The notes: generated from the sequence alone by a model not told the origin. A stretch of 57,082 bases of DNA from Catajapyx aquilonaris (GCA_000934665.2 JYFJ02002430.1:1-57082), one strand, 5' to 3'; shown: positions 24,826 through 39,366, counted from the stretch's first letter. Numbers and translations: made by a program.

Positions 24826-27800
24826 CTAAACCACAAGAGATAACGACAAATTGTTTTCGAATTCGGATTAAGCGTGACCTAAATAGCTTTTATGGTCAAC
24901 TTTCGGTGATCCGCCACTTTCGGTTTTTCGGGCTCACTATATACGCACAAGTCTACTTTACGGGCGGGCTATCGTTAGATTTCGAAATTAGTTTCCGTGG
25001 GTTCCTGACCAAGTGTATCGGGGATTTGCCCAGGGTTTTACCTGGCACTCTGACACAGGGGGCGTGGAATTAATTCCTGACGTTGGACATGTTTTCGATG
25101 CGCGTCCTCGGTCGCCATGATGTTATCACCCAGGCCGATACTGGAATCGATACGCTGCCTAGGTTACGATATCTCGGTATCGATATATCGATTCACATGC
25201 TCATACTTGAAACAATGAGAAAAAGTCTACTCGAATCACACTCATATGGTTTTTTTCCGACCTTGTTTCAATATAAAGATGATTTTCCAGGCATACACGG
25301 TTTTCCAAAAACGGTCATACAACCCTCAAACTACATACAGATTTTCCATATAATGCACTTCTAATAAAATAAAAAGTCGTAAATTATTGTTCATCATAAG
25401 AATAATTCAGATCTCACTGTCAGACAATTTTGCGTGAGAACATTGTTATGGCACCCACCTTCTACACTATACTGGTAGGATATGATCAGTACATTCAAGT
25501 AAAAATAGTCACATTGAGAATATGACAATATAAACAAAAAAAGGAATATTAATGAAACCAACGGAAGGCCATTAATTTCATGAAAAATGCACACACAAAC
25601 CGCATTACAGTGCACTACATGCAACCCGGTCTGAAAAATAAGAACAAAAGTAACGAAATAATAAAAGCGGTGATAATAGGATTCATAAAACAAACAGAGT
25701 CTAGGCCAGAACTCCTCTAAAAATGCAAGCTCACCAGCTAATTAATACTATAGTACAAATTATGCTAGAGGTGGTTTCTTGGGCTTGTTTCCTATCCCCT
25801 TTTTTCAACAAAATCTGGAATACATAGGCCTAAATCGGATTTCCTGAGAAAAAACTGAAAGTTCCGTGACAACTTTGAGCACAAAGCAGCTGAAGAGGAG
25901 TTCGTAAACTTGTTCCCAAGCAGATGTCGAGAATATTATCGCCAAAACGGTTAGGGTTTGCGCACCCGAATCGATCTGGTTGGTTCGGGAGGAGGGTGAT
26001 GAAGAGTGAAGAATGTAATAACGAGGAAAGAAAAGAGAGATTGTAGGCCAAAACCTTTCCCTTGGGAATCGGGCAGATGTATGGTACGTGTTACATCACT
26101 TTCATATGATCCTATGGATTTCGAACCCAGCACCTATATAACTTGATGTATGTAGGAACGTGACATAAAGACCAACCAGGCGTTAACATTTCAACGTGAT
26201 AACAACGTGTGCTAAATTGACACATCCATCACTTGGTTGACATGGTGTCATTAACATTTTGCAAATACCTGTAGGCCACTTTTCATGTATTGGGATCCCA
26301 TTCCCATCTCAATATTGCCACATTGTCGTGGTATAAATTGCTGGAAACAGCATGGGACATAAAACCCTCTGATTTATGCAGCGTGAAAGTAATTGGATCA
26401 TAAACAATCCACTTATTATAAATAGCAATCATGTATAGTACACACCTCTTTTAAGGGGTCCTAACATCTAAAATTTCAGATATTTGCATTTATTATTAGC
26501 CAATAATATTCCTTAATTTTTAATAGGCTACTGAATATTTGTTAGATATATAAGACATCAATTTGTTTCATAATGTATTGTACAGTTATTTTAGATTCAG
26601 ATGGTCCTGTATAGCAGCCCCACATGCCCAAAACACAAGAGCGTTTCGCCCACAAACAAGTATACGTATGTTACTTGTACTCAATTTGCTATTTAATATT
26701 ATTCTCATTATCACATCCGAGTATCATATTAACTATCAATGCAATCGCAAAGTCATCCGACTCCAACATGTAACCAGAAGACAGAAAGCAAATGTCGAAT
26801 TCTTGCTTTTTGTTCAGCAGTGGTGAAGACTAAGGCTCAAACAAAAGGAATGGCTATAGTATATAATCTCAACAGAAAACTTCCACATCCTTGGTCCTTC
26901 TTCTACCAAGGAATAAATAAAGGGGAAAGGGGAGACCTGAAGCAATCACAGGGCACCAACCTCGCGAGTCGAATCTCCTCCTGGGGGAGAACACACAACT
27001 GAAAAGGCCTTCCGCAGTAATGCTATAGATTTAAGACCTATCCCCTCCAAGAAGTATAGTCCACCAGAAAGTCCATGCAGATCATTGGAGTGGGAAATAA
27101 CCAAGAAGGAAAGAGTCTCTATTTTTAAAATGACGCACATACTTGCAGTGATAATTGTGGAAAGTTTTTATTTAGGCCTACTAGACAGGACTATTAAGGT
27201 ATTATGCATTATTTTGTAGGCATGCTCATTTTGGTACAAGTGCATTGTCATGCATAATTATGTTACGGGATGACCCACATTTTTTATCGGCAATATCAGA
27301 AAGACACTTTTCATGGGTATTATTCGCAATTATACCAGCAATATACCTATCCGATCTATCATGTTATGGCTTCATGGTTGTGAACATCTGTTGAATCAAG
27401 TGCAGATAATGCCAAGGATACTTGTCAATGTCATTAGGAAAATTCAGCTGTATTGGAAATTGAAGCCCAGGTTATATGTAGCTTTTAGGTCCGTTGTAAA
27501 TATACAAAAATTATACTACACTAACATGGCGACTGCTATCGTTATGTGCATCGGTAACTGCCTTTTAATTTGGCTGTTCATTATGTACAAAGATGATTAT
27601 TTACATGAAACATCAATTGATGTCCTTCTTTAGAGCTGAATTGACTGTAAGGGTGAAACCTCTTTAATACAGTATTTTAGTTAATGATGTAATATTACGT
27701 ATAACTAAAATTTATTGGCTAACCCTGACTTTCACCATATAGCAAGTATAGTGGTTCGGTTTATGAACGCCATTGATATTGACCTTGCCATTGTGTGAAC

Positions 27801-30274
27801 TTGTCCGAAGCAGCTGCTGACAGTCGGCATTCCAATCTCAACTGCCAGGAAGGGTTGATTGGATGCTTAATGCTACTTACGTAATGCTGTAATTACTGTC
27901 GTAAAGGTTGCGCGTGTAACGAATTCTTTCCGTAGTCCGTGGAGAAGCATTACACAATTGAGTACATGATTGCACAAACCTGATGGTAACAGCAATATAG
28001 TGTCGGTCTGAAAAAATTTGGATTTGGCGCTAATATTAAAATGCATAAATATTTCAGTTACATATATTGTTATTAAATTATTCTACTTAATATTGTGCAG
28101 TAGCATATGTAATTAACTCAGTCTATCATCACGTGGGTATGGGCAGAATCGCACTATTATCGGAATAAAGAATGACCAAGTGTTACCTTTAGTCACACAC
28201 TGGCACTAGGACGCACTTATTTCCTGCCCCAACGATATGGCTATGTAATCATAGCCCTGTCAAGATACGCTGTGCGGCACACAGTAATAAATCAGGATTA
28301 AGTTTCAGCAAAAGACAACTTGGCAGGTGCCAACTGTCTTGTTCTTGTAGGTCTGTACATTTTCAGTCCCTTAGTTGAGCCTTTCGGGCCATGTAATCCC
28401 AAAATATCGGACAGAAATCAACGTTAGGTGCCGACGTACTGTGTCTTCAGGCGACAGATAAGAAATTGCTTTAGTGAGACACAAACTCCCAGACAGTTTC
28501 ATGCCCCCAAGAGAAATGTGACTCTATTGGACCATACTTCCAACTCACTTCTGTAAACGAACATGACATTTGGAGCAAGCGTTTCTTCACCGGCTACTAT
28601 ACTGAGATTTTTTCCCCTGAACAAAGTTTGGATTTGCTGATGTTCTCATAAAGAGTATTCAGTTTTATTTTCATTTCTTGTTATGATCATAGCTCCTACT
28701 GTTGTACTCCATTTCCGTAATATGATCATCATTAACTCAGTAAAAATTGATTCTTTTAGCCAATATAGACGCATTAGATTTTAAAAAGAAATAGTTTAAA
28801 ATATATAGTACTCAGACAGTTGCGTGGTGAATATTTGAGTTTATATGACGGTCAATGTTGTGGGGTTGTGTTGATATATGAGAGAGTAGTAGTTCATGTT
28901 TAACCTAATTTTGGTTGCGAAGGTTAACAGTACATAATCAGGGGTCGGATTAAAGTGAGGTGTACATTATTATGCCATTTTGGTCAATTATTGTGAACCT
29001 AAAATGAAACACCCTTAATTGGGTTCAGATTTTTATCCAACGTTCAGGTAGGTTTCAAACAGTGAGAGATTGTGCAACAATCATATTTCATGGATTATAA
29101 CTACGGTACTGCATTTGTGTAAATATGGCGTAGATGACAATGTGAAATGACAGACCTCACAAATAATGAAATTATCAACATGAAATATTCAAACATTGTT
29201 ATTGTTTACAGCAATAAAACCAACCCAAATTCTGCTTATAGATGTTACACCACATGAATATGAGCTAGACTACAAACTGACTAGCAGTCAGAAACTCTAT
29301 CCTTATTGTCGCGCTCATAACTCACGTAATGATTTAGTGCACTACTGCTTGGAAATTAGTGTCCGCAAGCCAGCGGAGTGAAATCGTGCTCCCAAATGCA
29401 ACCCGCGCTGGTCGTACTCAGCTTACTCCTGCGGAATAAATCAAGAGCTGCAAAAGGCCCTCCCATTATGAATGGCATCACAAAATCTGGCCTAAATCAG
29501 ATGTAGAATAGTGACCCTTCACATCGGTTACAATAACAAATGACCCTTCTCATTTGGGGGAACTCCCTCTATCCCCTCCCCATGTTGCTGATTATCCCCC
29601 GTTTCATTGCAATGCAGGGCGGTGTCTTTTAATGAGACTAAGCTGCTATCGGACGTGGGTCCCTTTTAAACATTATGACATTTTAATTTTTTTGTGTGTG
29701 AGGGCTTATATGGTTGGAGAGGGAAAAAAAAGCATGGGCTATCTGAAATTCTCTCTGATGATGTTGCAGTATCAAGTAGAGAGCTTGTTTGATAACGAGT
29801 GTCCATTAGGGTAAAAAAAGTTGGTAAAATTTTTTTATGTGTGCCGCTATTGCTATTACACACCTTGTCAGAGATCAAGTTGATCACAAGCTTCCTTATT
29901 CTAAAACACAAAAAGTTATCGAAAATCAATATTAGTGTTCCTAACAGGTAAACACATCTCAAAAGCTACAGCCCGGTTTTACGCAACATAATAGGATGAT
30001 AAAATAGCAGTCTCAAGCAAGGCTCGTTTCCTGTTTATGACATCATCGTGTGAATAAAGCGCTTCCTTAATCGTTCCTGACACTGATTACTTGTCTGATT
30101 ATGCCTTCTTAGGAGGCAGTGGTAATTGATAAATACAGCATCCTCTTTCATGTCGATATAGAATCCGTCCAGATAGGGAATTGTAGAAATTATTCGAGGC
30201 AACAATTCAAAGGAGAGGCTTAAATATACGCCTATATAAATTACTCAACAATACTGTACTTATTAAATGCCGCA

Positions 30275-30334
<60 letters not shown>
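30275..30334. repeat. (ATT)n microsatellite
   Basis: Uninterrupted ATT run; source of the poly-Ile ORF. Confidence 0.97.
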
Positions 30335-30335
<1 letters not shown>

Positions 30336-32224
30336 AGACAACATGTGCAGACAAATATTTCTACTGGGTGTTGTGTTACAAAATTTTCGTTCTCATTCAT
30401 TTTTCATTCTAACTATAAGAGTTTTTCTTTACTGCCCTTTTACAACCTAAATCATTAGTTACTATTCCGAAACCAATTACTATGTCACGGGACGAAAAGT
30501 ATTTCACTTACTTGGACCTGTTACAGAAATGCTCAGCAGTTGGCCAATCTCCAAATAAAACTGGTGTAATTAGAAAAGTAAGAGGATGGACACATCCCAG
30601 TTTAGGGCAGGTTATCATTTATCAATCTGGCGGTCATAAATCGTGCAAGTTTACTACCCCTAGCATGATGGTAGTCCGCATTTTCCGCTCGGAATTGGGA
30701 TGGAATGCTTTATTGGAAAGTTTGAACATCACCCTTTAGTTAATCCGTAGAACTGCTTCAAAACTTGGCCTGTTCTACACAACTGGAGTAATATATTGGT
30801 AAAACTTTACAAAATGCTTTGATATGGTTTTAAAAATATATCATAGGCTATAATATTGGTCGAAATGGAGCGAAACATTACGTATACGACTATACTCCTT
30901 GACTTGTGTATTCTGAGGGCAAACTCAAATTTTTCTGTATTAACAAATGGAGTCCCTACAGAAATGTTTGAAAATTAGACATCACACAAAGATTCATGAA
31001 ATCGTCCCCATACCTCTAAATAATTCCAGAGTAACTCTTAGATTTGCATATTGAGTCATCATATGCTCCCATAATCCTGCTCCACATTAAGTATAGCTGA
31101 ATACAAGAATGAAACCTTCCATTTGTAGACTTTTGTTCCACCCAATGTGTCTTTTATGTAACAGGAAGTAGCACTCCCTAATGTCAGCCCACAAAAAAGT
31201 TTGATCCAACGTTTGAAAGCAGGGTATAAATTTAGACTGGGGTGGGGGTGGAGAGAGAGGGAGAGAGTAGGAGGGAGATCCATTGTGGTCTGGAATGAAG
31301 GAAGAATGCCTTTAACCTGCTTACCCGTATTGGTATGCCATTATGGCTGGGAGCTTCTTTCTGCCTTGAGTGTTGGCTATTTTCAACCGTATCACGTTCC
31401 GAGGCCTTCTCTACCCACCCACCCACCACCCCCGAGAGTTTGGGGAGAGGCTAAGAGCTCCCCGTACAGCAACGTTGCAAACCCTCCCTCCTTCCCTCTA
31501 CAACAACCCTCCTCCTCTTCCTATACTACAAGCTCCGGATCCTTTTCGTAGTTGCCACTTTACCCTAGCCATCTCTCGGCCCTCATTGTGCCTTACTGCT
31601 CTTGTCCAATTCCGGAGCCGGCGTCAGTCTTTGTATCTAAGACGCCTAGAACCATAGCGCTGCAAGAAGCTGCTGCACTCACATGTAGGGCAAAGATCTT
31701 ATGGTTGTGGTTGGCCTAGGGTCTGACAGGCATTCCACGTGAAGGCTCATTCTTGGCTGGGGCCCATGTTTCCACCACCCGTATAGGAAGGGTTTACTGT
31801 GTGTTAGTATACCATAGGAAAGTCCCAAGTAGGAGTACTATACGTGAAATAGTCATTTCAATTTTGCAACCTTGACAACTACCTGCTTCAGAAGTTATAA
31901 TGACCTAGAGAAATAATCCAGGGTGGTCTTAGACCAGACCAGTAGCAGCGAGCTGCGTGCGCAATTAGTCACCCACCAATCAGAGAACAAAATTGGCAAA
32001 TCACTTGAGCATGATGAGAGTATACTTTTTCATGTTTACTGCTATTGTCGCTAACGTTCGTCACGACATACTGGGAGTGAAACTGAAACCACCCATAACT
32101 CATTTTCGGCCAAAAGTGGACTTACCTTTTTCCCCCTCCCTCCTCCTACCCCCAAACCATCCCTTTCCCCCTTAAAAAATATGTCATATAGCAAACCTAA
32201 TCTTTCAGAGTATTTTCTCATCGA

Positions 32225-32497
32225 TCGAAAAAAGTCTTATAACACGGCCATGTCCGTCCATCCGTCCGTCTGTGGACAGGTATCAGGGAGTAGGAGGAGG
32301 GAGCGAGGAAAGGGTGATCTGGGAGAGGGGCGGTGGGGAGAATGGGCGGTCAGGGGGAGGGGGTGGTGGGGGAGGGGCAGCCAGGGGTAAGGGGCAGATA
32401 GAGTGAACCTGGAACCCGAAATCGAAAAAAGTCTTATAGCACGGCTTTGTCTGATATCTGTCCACAGACAGACAGAGCCGTTCTATGAGATTTTTTT
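32225..32497. repeat. Cluster of direct and inverted copies of the DINE-like end around a G-rich tract
   Basis: Direct copies at 32225-32288 and 32422-32452; inverted copy at 32451-32497. Confidence 0.6.
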
Positions 32498-35400
32498 CTC
32501 TCTCGAAAAAGTCTAAAAATGGCGGATAAAATGCTCAGAATAAAGTGGCAGGGACATTTTGAGGACTCTTGACCCTGTAATCTCCAGCATCCGACTTGCA
32601 AGAGAATCAATCACTATGCGGTTACATTCACTTTGTCATGAAGGGAAGTATACGAGACATGAACGGGATGCTCTCAATTAACATTGGTGCCCTGTTAGTG
32701 ACAGAATGATTGGCATACAACATTAACCAAGAGAGCCTTCACTTTAAGTTTGGTTTACGACGACACAGTTTTGCGATTTTCTGCTAGTTTGTAAGCAAAA
32801 GTACCAGGGTACATGCCTCGACACTAGTGGTGCAATTCGTCGAGAATGAAATGTGCATGGTAAATTCTCATCTGTAACATTGGTGAATGTCATCAGGGCC
32901 AGCTTTGTGTAGCAGTTAGTCCGGGCACAATGCTGCCATTTGTCAAGGCTTGGGAGTAGGAGACAGTGCTTGGCAACTGGGATAGGGGGTGGAGGGGAAT
33001 AGGTGCCGGCATGGGAGGGTAGGGGGTAGAGATGGAGGGAACGAGGTGGGGAGGCCAGATAAAGGGAGTATCATTACCCTCTGCGACTCTTCCACTTGGT
33101 GCCATCGCTCTGCCAATGCTAATTACCTCATCCAAACTGTTGCCCCGGTTTCAAATCATTGCCTTTTCACATTAAACGGTCCGACCCTTCCTTGTTCTTG
33201 CACCCTGAAGGAAAGGAGGTGGTGGGTGGGTGGGTGTGGAAAGCTTGTACAAGCATGGGAATTTATCGCTTACAACGGTTTAATTGTTTAGCTGGCTAAT
33301 AACCTTGGAGGCAGTTGTTTCACATATGCACTGCTGATATATCAGTCATGACAATTCATAGGAACGACAACTGTCAGTACAGAAATCCTAGAATTTACTA
33401 ATATCAGTATTTGTTATTTCGACAGTATCGTACGTCCTTAACTTTTTGGTATTTTATAACTGTTTGAGGGGAATTCTACTTTTGCATGAAAAAATATCCT
33501 AGGAGATATTACAGTATAAATTCATAAAGATTTGGCGCAAAATTAATAATATTCCCTCAGGAAGTCAAAGGGTCACTTACCTGTGTTTCATACATATCCT
33601 ATACGGTTATAACTCTGCTGTATCAAGCAAACAACACTGGCAAAAATATGTCTCTTTCAAGCTTTAATTCATATTGTTTAATTTTACTGAAACTATTAGC
33701 ATGCTTACAGTACCCTCACGCTACAGCATATTCACAAAAAGTGAAAACAGAGGTGCGGGCATTGATGCGATTCCTCATATGGAGTCATCAGTAATATGCT
33801 GATGGAGAGCACAATATTTCAGCACTAATAAGCACCACGCTAGTCTGATCAATTAGAGTACACTCGTTGTTGGAGATTTGAGGGCATAATTCCATAAGTT
33901 ATCATTCCCCGCTGGCAATGTCAACAAACGTTACATTCTGGTGAAAAATAACTTGTTTTTATCGGTAGCCCCAGAATGTTTTCTGTCATATTATATTGGA
34001 AAAACTTAAGAGTGTCGTTTCAAAATACACATTATTCTAAATGTTTCATTTTTAGGATATATATAAAAGCTGGCATCGCATTATTTAGCGTCACAACATT
34101 GCTTCATTGCAATTAACTGACTCAAATAGGCATTCGGGAGCTTGTTGGCTAGAAATGAAATTATTTATTAAATTATAGTTTACTGCAATTTTAAAACTAC
34201 TTTCAGCTAATTGTGTTTGTGACCGACCATACTGAATTACTCTTTGTTTGGAGTATAAAATGGAAATTATACAGTATTATAGGCTTCCTATACTTGTACA
34301 AGCAATTTTCATTGCCTCCATTGTTTGTTATAACATAGGGTGTGTTGTTATTGTGTTGTATAAATGCAATAAAACAACCAGTTAAAAGTTATTCAGTTTA
34401 ATGTGTCCGATTATTATAAGTCGCATAATAAATTATAAGAGAATTGAGAGTCAGGAATCTACAGCATATAGGCCTTGGTTTCAACTATATTGCTGGCAAA
34501 TGTCGCATATTAATGCATGGGCAGATTTTACTTGGCACCTGCATATTACATGATATGCAAAATATGGATAGAATATAGGCACTGCTTCACTTTCTACGAG
34601 CAGATATTGGTAGATGATGAGAGCTATCCACAATAATGTTTTTAGTTAATGACAAGTCCCAATTTGAAAGGATCTCATCATAAATTATTAAGTTATATGG
34701 AAAACATGTGCCAAAATTACCGCATGTAATAATGTCACTTGCTGTACGTTTATATCATTTTCATGCTATTTAATTCTTCTCGCCTGTTCGTGATTAACTT
34801 TATTATTGTAACGATATTATTATCCAAATAATTATACTCCATATTGTAATGTCAATCAATTTTACGCAGAGGTAATGATATTTACTTTCTCCCCTAACAG
34901 ATTTCCATAACTGGTCATTGTTCCCGAAAACAACGACCGCACATCTATGCGTATCATGGGCAATCACAATTATATTGTTTACGCTTCCTACAGCGGAAAA
35001 TAAATTGCCGGATATGCGTAGTTCCTTTATTCCCAGCTAGGAACCTGTTCAGTGTTCATATTACAAAAGCATACGTAAACAGGTTGCAGATTCACAAGTC
35101 TTGTGGTGTTATTCTGTCGTAAACAAAACAGCCATTTTAAAAATTAGATCAACTAATATAAAACTGGGAAGCCTGCATGCATTAAAACGCACAAATATTT
35201 TACTGCAGGATTTAAATTTCGGATCATTTGCAAATAAAGCTAGTGAGATGTGAATCACATCATAAACTTATGCACATTTCTGTGTAATTTTCCTGACCAA
35301 TACACAAAATAATTCACCCCTTTGTGTGACTTTATTCACACATTGCACCACATTTCATGCTCTCCGAAATAATGTTAGCAAGTAAGGTATGTAATCTGCA

Positions 35401-38070
35401 GATTATTTTTTGGTCATCTGGTGCAAATGGTGCTTGATAGTGTCTACTACCAAGGTTAAGGCTAGTACTGCATAGGCCTACCAGGCGGGAAACAGAAATG
35501 AGATGTTGTGGTAAAAGTGCTGCGAATTTGCTATTTTTCAAAATTACCACAGAAGGCACCATGGACCTTAAAAATAATAATTTTAATGACATTAATAGAC
35601 GATGGCAAATTTTCCGGATGGATTTAATCCTGGAAAAAATTATTTCAGACCACACTGTCATGTGTTACACTTGCAGGATTTGAATTGAGTTTTATAAAAT
35701 TCAGTAATATATTTCCTTTTGTCTTGAACAAAAATCAACAACATTGGGTTATTTCAAACTTCCGTCATGTGGAAAGTAAATTACTGTGAATGAGGTGTAA
35801 TGAAATATAAACGAATGAGTTTTGATTCGTTACGTAACATCAATGCTCTCTCAGATGGGCTGATACAAAACCAACTCTTTTACGTAGCTCACGTGAACCG
35901 TATGCGTGCATCTGCCCCATTGTGCACTGCATTCCTAAGCTTTGACACACATACGATTGCTTTACGCCACCAGCTGCTCACAGGCAACTTTTATTACAGA
36001 TATTGCGTATTGTTATAGGGGAGGAGATAGGACATAACTACTCTACCATTATCATTACAATTCTGCATTACAAAAATTATTGCCTTGGATTACCGTATGT
36101 TACACAGTCCCTAACGACGAGCAACTAAAATGTGGAATAGTTAACCAATATCATTTCCCTTTAATATGAACTGCATACAAAGAAAAAAAGGATTTCGAAA
36201 TGCGAGTAATAGTCGGCTGTCATTATTTTTATTTCACATGCGTGGTCGTATAAAGCTTTTCATGAAATGCCAATAAATTACCCCCCAAAAAAACCCCGCT
36301 TTATAATTTCTATGCAAGTGTATCGATTGGCTCTCTATTCAGTGTTATATTATTTTCTACACTCACTGCAAGTCCATGTGGTCTTTACCATATTAAATAT
36401 TTACTTGTTAAAACGAATCCTCGAAATAACATCATGCGAGTGCTTCCTGCATATATACTAGCTAATATGTTTGCACTAAGCAGAATCTTCTTAAGCAAAC
36501 ACTTTTGAATAGTTTTCAAAAGTGGTTTATCATACGTAACAGCTGCTAATATTAGGCCGAATTATCTATCCAAGCTCTGAATAGCAATGAATTTCCGATT
36601 AAGAATGGCCCATTGAACTACTGGCATAGAAAGTCAACGTTGAAACTCATTTTTCTTACAGGGTTTTTAATTGATGTGTTCAGGCAACCTTACGGGTATA
36701 TTAGTAACTAATATTTTTGATACTAAACTAATTTAAAAAGTAACTGCTTAAAATAGGCATCTTAGTGCCAAAAAAAATCGTTCACTACTACCGACATTTC
36801 AATGGGAACATCATGTATGCATACAGATGACCAGTCTCTCTCCGTCACTCAATACTGGGCTGGGCATCAATATCTACTTGCTCTTGAGGTCACACACATA
36901 ATTCTTCTCCATTTCCTTCATAATTGCCTTCAGTAGAGCATCAATCTGTAGTATAACACTAGACCAAGAATAGCAACTTATTTTAAAATTACCATTTACA
37001 TACTTCCATCCAAGCAAGGCTTATTTAGAAGCCTGTAAGACGCTGTACTTATTTTATAATAGCAATAGGTCATCACATATTCAACAAATTTTTAAAAAAA
37101 GTTAAAAATGCAATATTAATTCACGACACGCGCTTTGCATTTTTGTTCATGCTCTCTCTTCCTAGCCAGCTATAGTAAAGACAACTAAAAATATATATTC
37201 TCGTATGTTTATTAAGAGACGTAACTGAACTGCCTGTCACGACCAAAAAAACGTAGCCTATTTACGAAAAATAAAGCACAGCATGGATTATTCACACTCG
37301 TCGTACAGAGAAACCAGCCTTATGAAGTAGTCCTGAAACCACCGTCTTAACTTAATTTCACCTCACACCCCCAACCCAAGAACAATAACACGATTGCAAA
37401 AATGCGGAATTTGTCCATGCATATGATAATTTTTCTAAGGTATAGGCCTACGCGCCAATCTTGTGTCAAATTCAATTTTATAAAAATAGTTAAATAAAAA
37501 TTTAATAAAGCGTAAGTGGATGCCTTTCACAAAATGCGATTTAACTGCTTTCGCACAAAATCTTCTAACACCCGAGATTATTCTATGAGCACTGATAATA
37601 AATGAGTTAATTTATTTTTCAATCAACATTAATAGGTCGGTGAGTGGGTGTTCACTGAGAGAAGTTTTTGCCTTAATAATAGGGAAAACACAGAATATTC
37701 CCCGATTAATCCGTTGACAACAACATCGTATATCTGCTTCATTTCCAGCTATCCCATGAAAATATTTTTCCCGATATTCATTATCAGCCTTACGGTTAAT
37801 TCGACCATTACCGAGAAAATGAAATGCGCATTAGATGTTTCAAAACAAGGCTGACACAGCCAGGTAGTATCATGCGCTGAATCCCATTGTTATTTCCCTG
37901 GATTTCGCCACATAGCGACGTAGCACGTACAGATTGTTTGGTAACCCACATAAAGCGCAGCCATTGGTTACATCCACCTGGTAGTACCATTCCAATACTA
38001 CGTCAACACTTGCTATCTGTTGATTCGCAACGAAATCTGCAATTTGGGCCATTTGACGTGGTGACTCCCG

Positions 38071-38107
38071 GATAAATAGGAATACACAGTCGTCCCAGCA
38101 GTCATTC
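38071..38107 (+). promoter_or_regulatory. Core promoter of the apolipoprotein-like gene (TATA-like plus Inr)
   Basis: GATAAATAG at 38071-38079 lies about 31 nt upstream of TCATTC (38102-38107), which matches the arthropod Inr consensus TCAKTY, about 80 nt before the ATG. Confidence 0.55.
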
Positions 38108-38181
38108 CTGATTCAGAGCTTCCTGAGCTTGACTTGCCTTCTCTTCAACGTCGGTAACCACACCCCACCTCACCTATCAAC

Positions 38182-39202
38182 ATGAAGCTTGCACAGTTCT
38201 TCGTTCTGCTGGCAACAGCATGCTATGTCCAGGTACGTATTCCGATATTCGGTTACTAGTTATTGTCCTAATGTCATTTTGCCATTGTAGGGTGCCTCCA
38301 TCAAGGAAGTGTTCCCCCAGAGTGCATCGGCTATTACGCAGATTGGCGGACAAATGCAACCCGAAATCCAAAGAGCCGTTAGCGATATCGAAATGCAATC
38401 AGCCAAAATGCTAACTCCTCTGACGGTAAGAAATCACTTTCATAGCAATCTCTACTCAAACTGTTCAGTGAATCACCTGAGTTGAGATCAGTGTAATTTC
38501 AATGCCCATCGCGGATGATCTCAAAGCAGAATTGTGAACTGGACCGACTGAGTAAAGATGCTGGTATTATCGCCGAGGAAAATAATTCGGTTTAAGTTTA
38601 GACTAGAAATTAATTGTCTCACTTATGTTGCAGGCACAGGCAGCACAGCTTCTCCAGGTCGCCCAGAGCGTTCCAGTCAGCGCCATCAAAGAGCAGTTGG
38701 CCAGCGCAGTGTCTCGTTTGACTCCCCAGATGACCGACACATTTATCAAGCTGATCCCTGAAGCCGCTAAGCTGGAAGCAGCCATTGAAGAAAACTTTAA
38801 CGCTTTCACTCAAGATATTGCTCCTCAAATGGCAGCAGTCAAGCAAATGGTAAGCTAACATTTCATTTTTGGTGTCGTTTTGCTCAAGGGCAGAAGATCC
38901 CACCTCCCAAACAGCCTTTTACGCAGATTAGAATTGGTTTTGCTAGTGCATGAAACGTTGATCTAATTCACTATAATTTTCCACAGATTCAGCCAGAACT
39001 TCAGGCAGTCAAGGAACAGCTTATGCCTGTGGTTCAGCAGGCTATGCCTATTGTAAAAGAGATGGGCAATCAAATTGTGTCCAACTACCCAGCCTTGCAG
39101 CAAGCGGCCATTCAAAATTTTGCTACCCTAGTACAGCAGGCTGCCCCAGCATTGCAGAGTTTGATGGAGAGTGTCGCTGCAGACATGGCCAATACCAATT
39201 AA
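38182..39202 (+). CDS. Secreted apolipoprotein-like (amphipathic helical) protein, 205 aa, 4 exons: 38182-38232, 38291-38425, 38634-38849, 38987-39202
   Basis: ATG at 38182 starts a signal-peptide-like MKLAQFFVLLATACYVQ|GAS. Three GT-AG introns, all phase 0 (donors GTACGT, GTAAGA, GTAAGC; acceptors TTGTAG, TTGCAG, CCACAG), give a continuous frame to TAA at 39200-39202. Exon 3 corresponds to ORF 38625-38858. The protein is rich in Ala/Gln/Met/Leu with periodic Pro. The gene model is well supported; the product family is inferred. Confidence 0.9.
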
Positions 39203-39360
39203 TGTAACAGGATTGGGAGTAGCTCATACTGCACTATTGAGTAATGTAGATTCGTGAATTAATTAGGCTTATTAGATTTATCAGTAGTTAATAATTCGGG
39301 GACTTGAAAATTATATATCAATCTAATTTAATTGGAGTGGTATGTAAACATTTCAATTTT

Positions 39361-39366
39361 AATAAA
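39361..39366 (+). terminator. Polyadenylation signal of the apolipoprotein-like gene
   Basis: Canonical AATAAA about 160 nt downstream of the stop codon. Confidence 0.6.

Noticed and set aside
27700..28620. Scattered minus-strand splice signals (donors near 27879 and 28548) with short open frames
   Set aside because: They could not be joined into a coherent frame; one implied intron is only about 39 nt and no domain is recognisable.
29025..29053. Second AG|GT recursive-like site (TTCAG|GTAGGT)
   Set aside because: Weak pyrimidine tract with a nearby upstream AG; compatible with chance.
30267..30458. Poly-Ile ORF
   Set aside because: Translation of the (ATT)n microsatellite.
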